Part shown: positions 26,839 through 36,831 of the stretch, piece by piece | Layout: each line of letters begins with the position of its first letter | Position numbering within the stretch: position 1 is the first letter of the stretch | IMG/VR virus record: IMGVR_UViG_3300020281_001713 | Direction: 5' to 3' (one strand) | DNA: 64,000 bases | Source of the DNA: a virus | Notes under the pieces: generated by a model | Seen by the model: the letters and a program-made list of their open reading frames with translations, nothing else | Databases searched by the model: none | What the model was told of the DNA's origin: nothing | Made by a program: the position numbers and the translations under genes

Positions 26839-27252
26839 ATGTTATTACGGGAACTATACATACCACCTAAAGATGCCGTTGAAGTAGAGAATCCTAAAAC
26901 AGGATTTACCTACAAGGTTGACAAAAAGAAAGCTAGGCAACTTGTACGCAAGCATGGCTATAAAGTTGTCGCTGTTCATCATGAGGATGATATCGGCGAA
27001 GGTCCTACATGGGCTAGGTCAGGTAAGAAAGTTGTACGAAAGTATAGATGTTCAGGTGGCCCCCGCAAAAACAGAATTGTATCTAAATTACAACAATGTT
27101 TTGCTCCACCTAATGTTAAAAAACGTATGGCACTTAAAAGGATAAAAGCAAGATTAGGTTCAAGAATAGCTAGGAAAGCTAAGAGAACAAAAAGAATTAA
27201 TCCAGCATCAATAAGAGTACAGCGTTTAAATAAAGCTACAAGAAGGCGATAA
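26839..27252 (+). CDS. Highly basic protein, paralog A
   Basis: WARSGKKVVRKYRCSGGPRKNRIVSK...C.APPNVK. Confidence 0.7.
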   Translation: MLLRELYIPPKDAVEVENPKTGFTYKVDKKKARQLVRKHGYKVVAVHHEDDIGEGPTWARSGKKVVRKYRCSGGPRKNRIVSKLQQCFAPPNVKKRMALKRIKARLGSRIARKAKRTKRINPASIRVQRLNKATRRR

Positions 27253-27253
27253 A

Positions 27254-27580
27254 ATGCTTATTCGCGAAATAACAGATACTGTAGAAGGTGCAACACCCAT
27301 ATTTGCCAAGAAAGGCACACAGGTTGTACGTAAATACAGATGTACAAGTGGTACAAGGAAAGGAAGAATAGTATCCAAACCTAAAACTTGTACAGCGCCT
27401 AAGAATGTTAAAGCTATGACTACAATGAAAAAAACTAGGCGTAGCAAAGGAGCAACAGTAAATATTAGGGCAAATAGAACAAAAAGGACTAGTCCAGCTA
27501 GCCAAAAGTTAAAAAGATTAAACGTAGGTTCTAGGAGAAGGATAACTCCAAAGAAAAGGCGCGGAGCAAAAAGGAGATAG
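27254..27580 (+). CDS. Highly basic protein, paralog B
   Basis: FAKKGTQVVRKYRCTSGTRKGRIVSK...C.APKNVK. Confidence 0.7.
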   Translation: MLIREITDTVEGATPIFAKKGTQVVRKYRCTSGTRKGRIVSKPKTCTAPKNVKAMTTMKKTRRSKGATVNIRANRTKRTSPASQKLKRLNVGSRRRITPKKRRGAKRR

Positions 27581-27584
27581 TAAA

Positions 27585-27827
27585 ATGAAAATGTCAGATA
27601 TCATAACAGAAATAGATCAAATTTTACAAATTGAAAAAGATGACGACAATGAAACTGTCCTTATTGATCCAAAAACTAAAATTAAAACTGTCGTACCAAA
27701 AGATCCTAGCAAGCCAGGTGCTATTGCAAAAGATGAACGCGGCAATTTGACATTAGACACAAAAACCAAAGGTACTGTAGATCGCGGGATTAAGCCCGGA
27801 GACAATGTAACAGTAAAAAACGCATAA
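27585..27827 (+). CDS. Hypothetical protein
   Basis: AAGGAG RBS; MKMSDIITE N-terminus. Confidence 0.6.
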   Translation: MKMSDIITEIDQILQIEKDDDNETVLIDPKTKIKTVVPKDPSKPGAIAKDERGNLTLDTKTKGTVDRGIKPGDNVTVKNA

Positions 27828-28042
27828 TGAAGGTAAATGAGCTCATAGACAATTTTGAGATTTTCACCACCAACGAGGAAGGTAGCCTATTGGAAAGACT
27901 AGGCTCAGAGCCATTACCATTATCATCATTCACAGAACACGATCAAGTCATAATTAATAACCTTATACGTAAGAGTGTTATAAGTAAGATAAGCAATCCA
28001 AACAATAGTTCTGTAATGGTGATGAAGAATGATTTCGAATAA
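27827..28042 (+). CDS. Hypothetical protein
   Basis: TAATG coupling. Confidence 0.6.
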   Translation: MKVNELIDNFEIFTTNEEGSLLERLGSEPLPLSSFTEHDQVIINNLIRKSVISKISNPNNSSVMVMKNDFE

Positions 28043-28451
28043 TCTATTAAGTGACCTTGAAGATATTGTTAATAAAGGCTTAGAAGATAGTCCTATTCCT
28101 CATGCTAAAGGGAATAGTATAAGAATAAAACAATATATAATAAGAAGTAGTAAAGCAGGTTACTTAATTTATGATAGCACAACTAATAAGCAAATACATA
28201 GGACACAATTTAAATCTGTGGCTGTAGCTATTGCAAAAAATCTTGCTGATCGTAAGAAACATAGGGTAGATGCAATATTAAATATTGAAAATAACCTAGC
28301 AAAACACTATAATGATGCTGTTTTTTACAAACATGCTATTAGAAAGACGGATTGTGAGAGCAAAAAACTTACAAGAGAGACAAGATTACAAATTTCTTTG
28401 GAAGAAGCCCAAAGAATAAGAAACAAATTAGATGAGTATATCTTCGCCTAA
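28029..28451 (+). CDS. Hypothetical protein
   Basis: Overlapping ORF in the late cluster. Confidence 0.6.
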   Translation: MISNNLLSDLEDIVNKGLEDSPIPHAKGNSIRIKQYIIRSSKAGYLIYDSTTNKQIHRTQFKSVAVAIAKNLADRKKHRVDAILNIENNLAKHYNDAVFYKHAIRKTDCESKKLTRETRLQISLEEAQRIRNKLDEYIFA

Positions 28452-28492
28452 ATGATAAATATACATATAACGGATAGTCAAGGAACACTAAA

Positions 28493-29254
28493 ATGAAAGT
28501 TAGAGAATTTACAAAACCAGTTACAGCTGATAAGCTTAATGAAAGTTTAGCTAGTCGCTTTGGATCTAAAATTGATCTAGAAGCTTTTTCAACAGAGCAA
28601 CTAGAAGATGCAAGAAATAAAGTAAGAACAGCTTTAAGTCAGACAGAAACAAATGAAGCTTTTGACGCAGTACAAGATACAACTTATCAAAAAAATAAAC
28701 TATTCCTTGACGTTTTAAACACAGCTATTGCAGAGCGTGATGATAATATTGTATCCGAAATTGACGAAGCAGTACAGGAAATAAAAGAAGGCGAAGAAGA
28801 CAAAGCCGAACTAGTTATGGCCGCAAAGGACATGGTAGATAGACTTACTGGTTGGATGGAAGATACAGCTGAAATGCAAACAGAATCAATGCTTGAACTA
28901 GCAGATGCTATCCGTGATGAAATGGGTAGCGAAGCATCTGAAGCATTTACAAATTTAGTTAAACCTGCACTAGAATCCATGTATGAAGTAATGGAAACAA
29001 CACGTGGCACACTGACACAAGGTGTAGGTCAGCTTACAGGAGAAGCACAACCAATGGACACAATGGGTGCTGAAGATCCTGCCGCAGAACCAGAAATGGA
29101 ACCAACAGTTGATGCAGACGCAGAACTTGCTCCAGGAGAAGTAGGTATGCCTGATGATGACGGTATGGGAGCGGCTGATGCTGCCGCTGGTGGCGAAGAA
29201 GAAGCTGGCAGAGAAAAACGTGAGTCTGTAGAGCGTTCAAAAAAAAAGTCATAG
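28493..29254 (+). CDS. Acidic helical putative head core/internal protein
   Basis: Late promoter, MKVREF N-terminus, LNE/IKE motifs, acidic tail; ends at an A9-G run. Confidence 0.6.
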   Translation: MKVREFTKPVTADKLNESLASRFGSKIDLEAFSTEQLEDARNKVRTALSQTETNEAFDAVQDTTYQKNKLFLDVLNTAIAERDDNIVSEIDEAVQEIKEGEEDKAELVMAAKDMVDRLTGWMEDTAEMQTESMLELADAIRDEMGSEASEAFTNLVKPALESMYEVMETTRGTLTQGVGQLTGEAQPMDTMGAEDPAAEPEMEPTVDADAELAPGEVGMPDDDGMGAADAAAGGEEEAGREKRESVERSKKKS

Positions 29255-29559
29255 AAGCTGTTGACAGCACATCAATATTTCAAATCTTAGATCATTTAAA
29301 AGATACTGATCGCACAGTGTTAAGCATTAAAAAATTGGATAAATTTATGCGTAATACTGGACGCAACCAATTTAGCTTTGATGTATTTAAAGCCGCATAT
29401 GACGAAGATCCCCGCATTCAAAAGATTGTTAAAAACTTTGACAAAGAAAAAATCGAACTTAAAACTTCTGAATTAGATGATGTGCCTGCAGATGCCAAAA
29501 AACCAGACGCAGATAATACTGTAAGTTCAATGGCAAAACGTGCTACCGATTTAGGTTAA
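29248..29559 (+). CDS. -1-frame ORF lacking a good start; possible frameshift extension of 28493
   Basis: Frame open from 29224 (VIEAVDSTSIFQILDHLKDTDRTVLSIKK...SSMAKRATDLG); GTG at 29317 has no SD. Confidence 0.55.
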   Translation, partial: VIEAVDSTSIFQILDHLKDTDRTVLSIKKLDKFMRNTGRNQFSFDVFKAAYDEDPRIQKIVKNFDKEKIELKTSELDDVPADAKKPDADNTVSSMAKRATDLG

Positions 29560-29618
29560 TTAGAACTTGACAACTTGTTGATTTTGTGTTACTATAGTAG
29601 TTACGCATTGGAAAAGTA

Positions 29619-29969
29619 ATGAGTAATAAAGAACAATATGACAGAATAGTCCAAAATATTAAACAGGTTTTAGACAACTATGTTGCTCCAGCCGTAGCTG
29701 GACACGGCGGCTTAGTAAATTTTGTAGATTTTCAAGATGGAACATTAACACTCGAAATGAGTGGTGCATGCTCAGGCTGTGCAATGTCTGCTATGACACT
29801 TCAACAAGGAATAGAAGGTATTATGATATCTATGGTTCCTGAAGTAAAAACTATAGTAGGTGTTGACGATCCAAATTCCGGTGTGAGTCCTTTTATGAGT
29901 CATAACTATGGTTATGACCCCCAAGAATATTGGGATGACAAAGACGACATTATAGCTACTGACAAATAG
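29619..29969 (+). CDS. NifU/NfuA C-terminal-type Fe-S carrier
   Basis: V.PAVAGHGG...MSGACSGC..S..TLQQGIE. Confidence 0.9.
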   Translation: MSNKEQYDRIVQNIKQVLDNYVAPAVAGHGGLVNFVDFQDGTLTLEMSGACSGCAMSAMTLQQGIEGIMISMVPEVKTIVGVDDPNSGVSPFMSHNYGYDPQEYWDDKDDIIATDK

Positions 29970-29976
29970 GATTCCC

Positions 29977-30657
29977 ATGTCATTAATAACCGAGAAGTTT
30001 CAATATACAAAATTAGAACGAGTAGAAGTAAACGGAAAAAGAAGATACCTTACGCCAGGTGGCGGAAAGGTAGCAAGTGTAACTACCATACTTGATGCTA
30101 CAAAAGATAAATCCCATTTAATTGCTTGGAAAAAACGTGTAGGTGAAAAGAAAGCACAGGAAATTGTTACCGAAGCATCAGGTGTTGGTACTCGCATGCA
30201 CAAATACCTTGAAGATTACATAGAATTTGGAGAATGGCCTACGCCAGGATCTAATCCATATGCAAAACAAGCACATCAAATGGCAACTGTTATAAAAGAC
30301 AATGCAATGAATGATGTAGACGAAATATGGGGAAGTGAAGTTCCCTTATATGTTCCTCAAATGTATGCCGGAACAACAGACTTAGTAGGACAATATAAAG
30401 GCAATCCATGTATAATGGATTTTAAACAAACTAATAAGCCAAAAAAACCTGAATGGGTATATGATTACTACTTACAATTAACAGCATATGCTATTGCCCA
30501 CAACGATGTTCATGGCACTGATATACGTGAAGGACACGTTTTCATGTGCAGTCGCGACCTAGATTATCAACAATTTGATATATGGCCCGACGAATTTGAC
30601 GACTGGGAACAAGAGTGGTGGAAAAGAGTATATGAGTATTACGAGAAACACGGCTAA
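29977..30657 (+). CDS. PD-(D/E)xK exonuclease
   Basis: SVTTIL, GTRMHKYLE, E..LY...YAGTTDL, IMDFKQ, QLTAYA. Confidence 0.85.
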   Translation: MSLITEKFQYTKLERVEVNGKRRYLTPGGGKVASVTTILDATKDKSHLIAWKKRVGEKKAQEIVTEASGVGTRMHKYLEDYIEFGEWPTPGSNPYAKQAHQMATVIKDNAMNDVDEIWGSEVPLYVPQMYAGTTDLVGQYKGNPCIMDFKQTNKPKKPEWVYDYYLQLTAYAIAHNDVHGTDIREGHVFMCSRDLDYQQFDIWPDEFDDWEQEWWKRVYEYYEKHG

Positions 30658-30698
30658 GTCTGTATAAATACATAAAACACATGTAGGAGATAATAGCA

Positions 30699-32318
30699 GT
30701 GGCCGTAGTATCTATATCACGAATACAAGTCCGTAGAGGACGAAAAAATCAAGGATCTGGCTTGCCGCAACTTGCTAGTGGAGAACTAGGTTGGGCAGTC
30801 GATGCACAAGAACTTTGGATAGGTAACGGCGCAGTATCAGAAGGATCACCTTATGTTGGTAATACTAAATTACTAAGTGAACACGATGATCTTTTTCAAT
30901 TTGCAAAAACTTATGCATACAAAAGTTTAAGCAATAATTACCAAACAGGGCCAAGTGTAAATGCCCCTATTCAAAGAACTTTACAGGCAAGATTAGATGA
31001 TAGAGTTAGTATTAGGTCTTTTGGTGCTAACGGAGACGGATTAGATCAAACAGCCGCCTTTCAAAGAGCATTAGATCAATTATACTTAAATGCCGCAACT
31101 AAACTTACTGCCCCGTCTAGAGTAGTACTTTATGTTGAAGCAGGTAATTATACATTTTCAAGTGCAGTCAGAGTACCACCTTATGCAACTATTGTAGGTG
31201 CTGGTATAGATAAAACTATAATTAATTGTACGTCTAACAATGGCTGTGCATTTATCACTGTTAATGACTCAAGTACACCAGGAAATTATGCTAGCGATGC
31301 TACAAGCACTACATTAAATCAAGCTAGAGAAATTCAAATATCAGGCATGACAATTCAAATGCCTAATGGCGGTAATGCATTAGATCTTACATCATGTAAA
31401 GATAGTACATTTAAAGACTTAAAACTTAAAGGAGCTTGGGAAAATAACGATAGTGTTACAAACGGAGCAGGCTTATATTTTACATCTTTAAGCACAGCAG
31501 TAAATTGTTTCCGTAATAGATTTGAAGATGTTAGATTTGAAGGTTGGACCAATGCTGTTAAATCAGACCATGATATTACAGATAATATTTTTACACAGTG
31601 CAGTTTCAAAACATGTAGAACCGGAATAGACTTTGGTAGTGCAACAGTTCTTGGCACAAGCGGACAGTTAACCGGTCCTATAAGAAATACAATAGAGAAG
31701 TCAACTTTTGATGATATCAGTAGACAAGCATTAGATATTACAGTAGGGTCGGATAATTTAAGTACAAATAATAGGTTTTATAATTGTGGCAATAATATGG
31801 GATCTTCATCAAATCCTGTGCATTCTATAATTAAATTTACATCATTTAAGAATCAAACTATAGATGATTGGTTTCAAAGGACCGAAGAACTAGGTTATGA
31901 TGCAAGTTATCAGACTAACATTCCGTATGTTCCAGAAGTAGAAGGATCGACTATTGCAGATATTGGAACTACTTACAAAGTTACAATAACAAACTACGGA
32001 GAGTATTCAAAACTTTTTAGACTAGCGGCAGATACTACTAGAGCATATGAAATAGAATATGTGTATAAAAGCAGTGCAGTCAATGCTTCACGAACAGGAA
32101 AACTAGATGTGCTAGTTAATCCTGCACAAAATCTTGTAACCCTTACCGATGACTATGATTACATTGGTGATGTCAACTTAGCACAAAATTTAAAATTCAA
32201 AGCCCAAAATTATGATGAAAATTCCAATTCTTCGGTTGACACAGTGGCCATTATGGTGTTAAACTCTACTAATAGCGATAATGCAACTTTAACATATAAG
32301 GTGAAAATTAAATCATAA
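30699..32318 (+). CDS. Tail fibre/spike-like protein with pectin-lyase-like beta-helix
   Basis: RIQVRRG...LPQLASGELGW N-terminus; SIRSFGANGDG.DQTAAFQRALD. Confidence 0.7.
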   Translation: MAVVSISRIQVRRGRKNQGSGLPQLASGELGWAVDAQELWIGNGAVSEGSPYVGNTKLLSEHDDLFQFAKTYAYKSLSNNYQTGPSVNAPIQRTLQARLDDRVSIRSFGANGDGLDQTAAFQRALDQLYLNAATKLTAPSRVVLYVEAGNYTFSSAVRVPPYATIVGAGIDKTIINCTSNNGCAFITVNDSSTPGNYASDATSTTLNQAREIQISGMTIQMPNGGNALDLTSCKDSTFKDLKLKGAWENNDSVTNGAGLYFTSLSTAVNCFRNRFEDVRFEGWTNAVKSDHDITDNIFTQCSFKTCRTGIDFGSATVLGTSGQLTGPIRNTIEKSTFDDISRQALDITVGSDNLSTNNRFYNCGNNMGSSSNPVHSIIKFTSFKNQTIDDWFQRTEELGYDASYQTNIPYVPEVEGSTIADIGTTYKVTITNYGEYSKLFRLAADTTRAYEIEYVYKSSAVNASRTGKLDVLVNPAQNLVTLTDDYDYIGDVNLAQNLKFKAQNYDENSNSSVDTVAIMVLNSTNSDNATLTYKVKIKS

Positions 32319-32328
32319 ATGGCATTTC

Positions 32329-32754
32329 ATGTTCGATAAAGATTTCGATAGTAGATTAGCAACTTGGGCAAAATTCCGCGAAACACTTGAAACAACAAAA
32401 GATCCTATTCAGGATACAATTGATTTCTTCAATCCGGCGCCACTTGTTAATATACAAACTGATCCTTACACTCCGAGCTCTTGGCCCGATCCGTGGGAAC
32501 TAATTAAGGAAAATACTTATTGTTCCTTCGTTAAGATTCTTGCAATTTGTTACACCTTGCAATTAACCGAAGTTTTATCTGTTGAAGATTTTGAGATACA
32601 TATTACACACGACAATAAAAAATCGTCAACGTATTATCTGCTATATGTAGGCGACAGGGTCGTTGGTTTCAAAGAGAATACACATGTCAGTAAAAAAGAT
32701 ATTCCAAATAGTCTTATTTCACATCATGAGTTTTCCATGCCACGGCTAAACTAA
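32329..32754 (+). CDS. Hypothetical phage protein
   Basis: WPDPWELI.EN.YC. Confidence 0.65.
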   Translation: MFDKDFDSRLATWAKFRETLETTKDPIQDTIDFFNPAPLVNIQTDPYTPSSWPDPWELIKENTYCSFVKILAICYTLQLTEVLSVEDFEIHITHDNKKSSTYYLLYVGDRVVGFKENTHVSKKDIPNSLISHHEFSMPRLN

Positions 32755-32779
32755 ATATTTTACTGAATAGGGAGTAGAC

Positions 32780-35095
32780 ATGAGTAACGGAATAATGATA
32801 GTCAAACGTGACGGCACAAAAGAAAATCTTAACATTGATAAAATACATTTTGTAGTAGAGGAGGCATGTAAAGGTCTCGCTGGTGCAAGCTCTAGTCAGA
32901 TTGAAATGAATGCTAATTTACAATTTTACGATGGTATGACTACAGAAGAAATACAAGAGATTTTAATTAAAAGTGCAAACGATCTTATATCATTAGAGAA
33001 TCCAAATTATCAAACAGCGGCGGCTAGACTACTAAGCTATACTGTTAATAAGCAAGTGTTTGGCAAGTTTCAACCTATTAGCCTTAAAGAAATGATTGAT
33101 CTAAATATAGATCGTGGTGTTTATGATCCAGAAATTTTAAACTTTTATAGTGAAGAAGAACTAGCAAAACTAGATAGTTTTATTTGTCACTCAAGAGATG
33201 AGAATTTTACTTATGCTGGAATGCGTCAAGTGGTTGACAAGTATCTTTGTCAAGATAGAAGCAATAATCAATTATTTGAAACCCCGCAGTTTATGTATAT
33301 GATGATTGCGGCTACATTATTTTCGCAGTACCCAAAAGAAACACGCCTACAATATGTAAGGAGATATTATGATGCGACATCGTTATTCAAAATCAACATA
33401 CCGACGCCGGTTATGGCAGGAGTTAGAACACCGGTCAGACAATTTGCAAGTTGTGTTCTCGTTGACAGCAATGATACTCTTGACAGCATTTTTGCTAGTG
33501 ACATGGCAATTGGTAGATATACAGCCCAACGTGCAGGCATTGGAATTAATGCTGGGCGTATCAGAGGAGTCAATTCTAAAATTAGGGGAGGAGAAGTAGC
33601 ACACACAGGAATCATTCCGTTCCTAAAAAAGTTTGAATCTACTGTAAGGTGTTGTACACAAAATGGTGTTCGCGGAGGTTCAGCTACTACACACTTTCCT
33701 TTTTGGCATCAAGAAATTGAAGATATACTCGTGTTAAAAAATAACAAGGGTACAGAAGATAACAGAGTGCGTAAATTAGACTATTCAATTCAACTTAATA
33801 AAACAATGTACGAACGGTTACTGAGTAATGGTGACATTACTCTTTTCTCACCACATGATGTTCCCGGACTTTATGAGGCATATTTTGATGATGCTGATAA
33901 GTTTAAAGAATTATATGAAAAGTATGAAAGAGCTTATTCTGTTAAAAAGAAAACTATACCAGCAATGGAATTATTTTCTGCATTAATTAAAGAACGTGCA
34001 GAGACAGGAAGAATTTACATAATGAATGTAGATCACTGTAATACTCATAGCTCATTTAAAGATAAAGTATATATGAGCAATCTATGCCAAGAAATAACAC
34101 TGCCTACGAAGCCTTTAGAACACATAGATGACGCAGAGGGCGAAATAGCTTTATGTATTTTATCTGCAATAAATGTTGGCACTCTTAAATCACTTGATGA
34201 TCTAGAAGAATTATGTGAATTAGCAGTTAGAGCTTTAGAAGAAATTATTGATTATCAAAAATATCCAATCAAGGCGGCTGAAGCTAGCACAAAAGCTAGA
34301 CGTTCATTAGGTATTGGATACATTGGTTTAGCACATTTCCTTGCCAAAAATCATGCAAAGTACGAAGACAAAGAAGCATGGCAATTGGTGCATGATTTGT
34401 CAGAAGCTTTCCAATACTTTTTATTAAAAGCATCTAATAAACTTGCAGAAGAAAGAGGTGCTTGCGACTATTTTGAACGTACTAAATATAGTGAGGGCAT
34501 TCTACCAATTGATACATACAAAAAAGAAGTAGACACAATAGTAAAAGGAAAATTAAAATATGACTGGGATACTCTTCGCAAGGACATTCAATTACACGGT
34601 CTTAGGCACTCAACATTGTCCGCACAAATGCCTTCAGAGAGTAGTTCCGTTGTGTCGAACGCAACCAATGGAATCGAACCGCCTAGAGGATACTTGTCCG
34701 TTAAAAAATCAAAAAAAGGGCCTCTTAAGCAGATTGTTCCGCAGTATATTAAACTAAAGAATCAGTATACATTACTCTGGGAAATGCCTAGTAATGAAGG
34801 ATACATTAATATAGTGTCAGTAATGCAAAAATTCTTTGACCAAGCCATAAGCGGTAATTGGTCTTACAATCCGACGCACTTTGCTAACAATGAAGTTCCG
34901 ATGAGCGTGATGATGAAAGACTTGCTAACAACATATAAAATGGGTTGGAAGACAAGTTATTATCAAAATACTTACGACTACAAAACTGATCCAAGTGAAG
35001 TAGACGATGAACCTGTAATTGAAGCACCGTTAGCAACGCAGAATCCTTATTTGACTGAAGAAAATGAGGAAGAATGTGAAGCCTGTGCAATTTAA
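32780..35095 (+). CDS. nrdA: Ribonucleotide reductase class Ia alpha subunit
   Basis: ATP cone VKRDG, RQFASCVL, SNLCQEI, ALCIL, MPSESSS, C-terminal CEAC. Confidence 0.98.
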   Translation: MSNGIMIVKRDGTKENLNIDKIHFVVEEACKGLAGASSSQIEMNANLQFYDGMTTEEIQEILIKSANDLISLENPNYQTAAARLLSYTVNKQVFGKFQPISLKEMIDLNIDRGVYDPEILNFYSEEELAKLDSFICHSRDENFTYAGMRQVVDKYLCQDRSNNQLFETPQFMYMMIAATLFSQYPKETRLQYVRRYYDATSLFKINIPTPVMAGVRTPVRQFASCVLVDSNDTLDSIFASDMAIGRYTAQRAGIGINAGRIRGVNSKIRGGEVAHTGIIPFLKKFESTVRCCTQNGVRGGSATTHFPFWHQEIEDILVLKNNKGTEDNRVRKLDYSIQLNKTMYERLLSNGDITLFSPHDVPGLYEAYFDDADKFKELYEKYERAYSVKKKTIPAMELFSALIKERAETGRIYIMNVDHCNTHSSFKDKVYMSNLCQEITLPTKPLEHIDDAEGEIALCILSAINVGTLKSLDDLEELCELAVRALEEIIDYQKYPIKAAEASTKARRSLGIGYIGLAHFLAKNHAKYEDKEAWQLVHDLSEAFQYFLLKASNKLAEERGACDYFERTKYSEGILPIDTYKKEVDTIVKGKLKYDWDTLRKDIQLHGLRHSTLSAQMPSESSSVVSNATNGIEPPRGYLSVKKSKKGPLKQIVPQYIKLKNQYTLLWEMPSNEGYINIVSVMQKFFDQAISGNWSYNPTHFANNEVPMSVMMKDLLTTYKMGWKTSYYQNTYDYKTDPSEVDDEPVIEAPLATQNPYLTEENEEECEACAI

Positions 35096-35164
35096 CTATT
35101 GACAATTAGTTAAATATAGTATAAAATAATATAAGTAGTAGAAAGAAGGAAGAAGGGCCCACCC

Positions 35165-36268
35165 ATGGCGAAGACAGTTTTTAATCAAGAAAAAGTAGAT
35201 TTTACAAAGCAAAATATGTTTTTTGGCGAAGACCAAAACACACAGAGATATGATGTTTTTAAGTTTCCGGTGTTTGATAAACTTAATCAAACAATGCTAG
35301 GATATTTTTGGAGACCTGAAGAAGTAAGTCTTCAAAAGGACAGAGCAGATTACGCAAGCTTTCGTCCAGAACAAAAACATATTTTTACAAGTAATTTAAA
35401 ATATCAAACACTTTTAGATAGTGTACAAGGTAGAGGTCCCTGCCTTGCATTCTTACCACATGTAAGTTTGCCTGAGTTGGAAGGTTGTATTGTAACTTGG
35501 GATTTCTTTGAAACAATCCATAGTAGATCATACACACATATTATGAAAAATGTGTACCCAGATCCTTCTGTTGTGTTTGATACTATCTTAGATGATAAAA
35601 AAATTATTGCAAGAGCTACTAGTGTTACAAAAAATTATGATGCATTTACAGAAGCCGCTGATGATTTTACTCATCATAAAAAAGGATCAATGTATGATGT
35701 AAAGAAAAAACTTTACCTCGCAATGCATAATGTAAATATTTTAGAAGGACTACGTTTTTATGTTAGTTTTGCTTGCACATTTGCATTTGGTGAATTAAAA
35801 CTTATGGAAGGAAGTGCAAAAATTATATCTCTAATTGCTAGAGATGAAGCACAGCATTTAGCTCTAAGTACACATGTCCTTAAAAATTGGGCTCAAGGTA
35901 AAGATGATCCAGACATGGTCAAAATTGCAAAAGAAACCCAAGAAGAAGTCTTAGATATGTGGAGAGAATGTGTAGCAGAAGAAAAGGATTGGGCCGAGTA
36001 CCTGTTTAAAGATGGATCAATGATTGGACTTAATGAAACATTACTTCACAAGTATGTAGAATATATTGCAAATCGTAGGCTCAAAGCATTAGGATTGCCA
36101 ATGATTTTTGATCAACCTAGCACACAAAACCCACTTCCTTGGACGCAACATTGGTTATCAAGTTCTGGCTTACAAGTTGCTCCACAAGAAACAGAAGTAG
36201 AGTCATATGTAATTGGCGGTATCAAACAAGATGTTGACGAAGATGCCTTGAAAGGATTCAGTTTATGA
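35165..36268 (+). CDS. nrdB: Ribonucleotide reductase class Ia beta subunit
   Basis: FWRPEEV, LLDSVQGR, ETIHSRSY, LEGLRFY, RDEAQH, VAPQETE. Confidence 0.98.
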   Translation: MAKTVFNQEKVDFTKQNMFFGEDQNTQRYDVFKFPVFDKLNQTMLGYFWRPEEVSLQKDRADYASFRPEQKHIFTSNLKYQTLLDSVQGRGPCLAFLPHVSLPELEGCIVTWDFFETIHSRSYTHIMKNVYPDPSVVFDTILDDKKIIARATSVTKNYDAFTEAADDFTHHKKGSMYDVKKKLYLAMHNVNILEGLRFYVSFACTFAFGELKLMEGSAKIISLIARDEAQHLALSTHVLKNWAQGKDDPDMVKIAKETQEEVLDMWRECVAEEKDWAEYLFKDGSMIGLNETLLHKYVEYIANRRLKALGLPMIFDQPSTQNPLPWTQHWLSSSGLQVAPQETEVESYVIGGIKQDVDEDALKGFSL

Positions 36269-36531
36269 GTTCTACACAAAATGTTGTTGTATTATCTAAA
36301 CCTCACTGTCCATACTGTGATATGGCAAGAGCATTATTAGACAAAATGGGTGTAGATTACACTACAAGAACATTAGGCAAAGACTTAACTAGAGAAGAAG
36401 TATTCGAACTAGCACCACAAGCCCGAACATTTCCCCAGATAATCATCAATAACCAAGTAATTGGCGGTTATAATCAGTTAAATACATATATAGAGAACAC
36501 AGGGTTTAACGGAACGGGGTATACATTATAA
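36265..36531 (+). CDS. Glutaredoxin
   Basis: CPYC, TFPQI, IGGY. Confidence 0.93.
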   Translation: MSSTQNVVVLSKPHCPYCDMARALLDKMGVDYTTRTLGKDLTREEVFELAPQARTFPQIIINNQVIGGYNQLNTYIENTGFNGTGYTL

Positions 36532-36830
36532 TGGCATTATTACAAACAACAGTAGAAAAAGACGATATTATTACTATTAGAACAGTTCAGGGCTTTGAAA
36601 TGGTAGCTAAATTTGTATCTGAATCTTCTGCGTCAATTAAGGTAAACAAACCTTTAATGATTACAGGGACAAGTTCAGTTGCAGATACAGGAGTAACAAA
36701 AGCTCTTTTTGGTCCAGTTGCTTCTACAATGGCTACACTAGGCGATATTGAAATTAATAGTGTTAATATTCTTTGCGCCAACGAAACAGATAGCGATATA
36801 GCGGACCAGTATAAATCACAGGTAAGTTAA
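36531..36830 (+). CDS. Sm-like / hypothetical phage protein
   Basis: Short beta-rich ORF downstream of glutaredoxin. Confidence 0.5.
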   Translation: MALLQTTVEKDDIITIRTVQGFEMVAKFVSESSASIKVNKPLMITGTSSVADTGVTKALFGPVASTMATLGDIEINSVNILCANETDSDIADQYKSQVS

Positions 36831-36831
36831 A

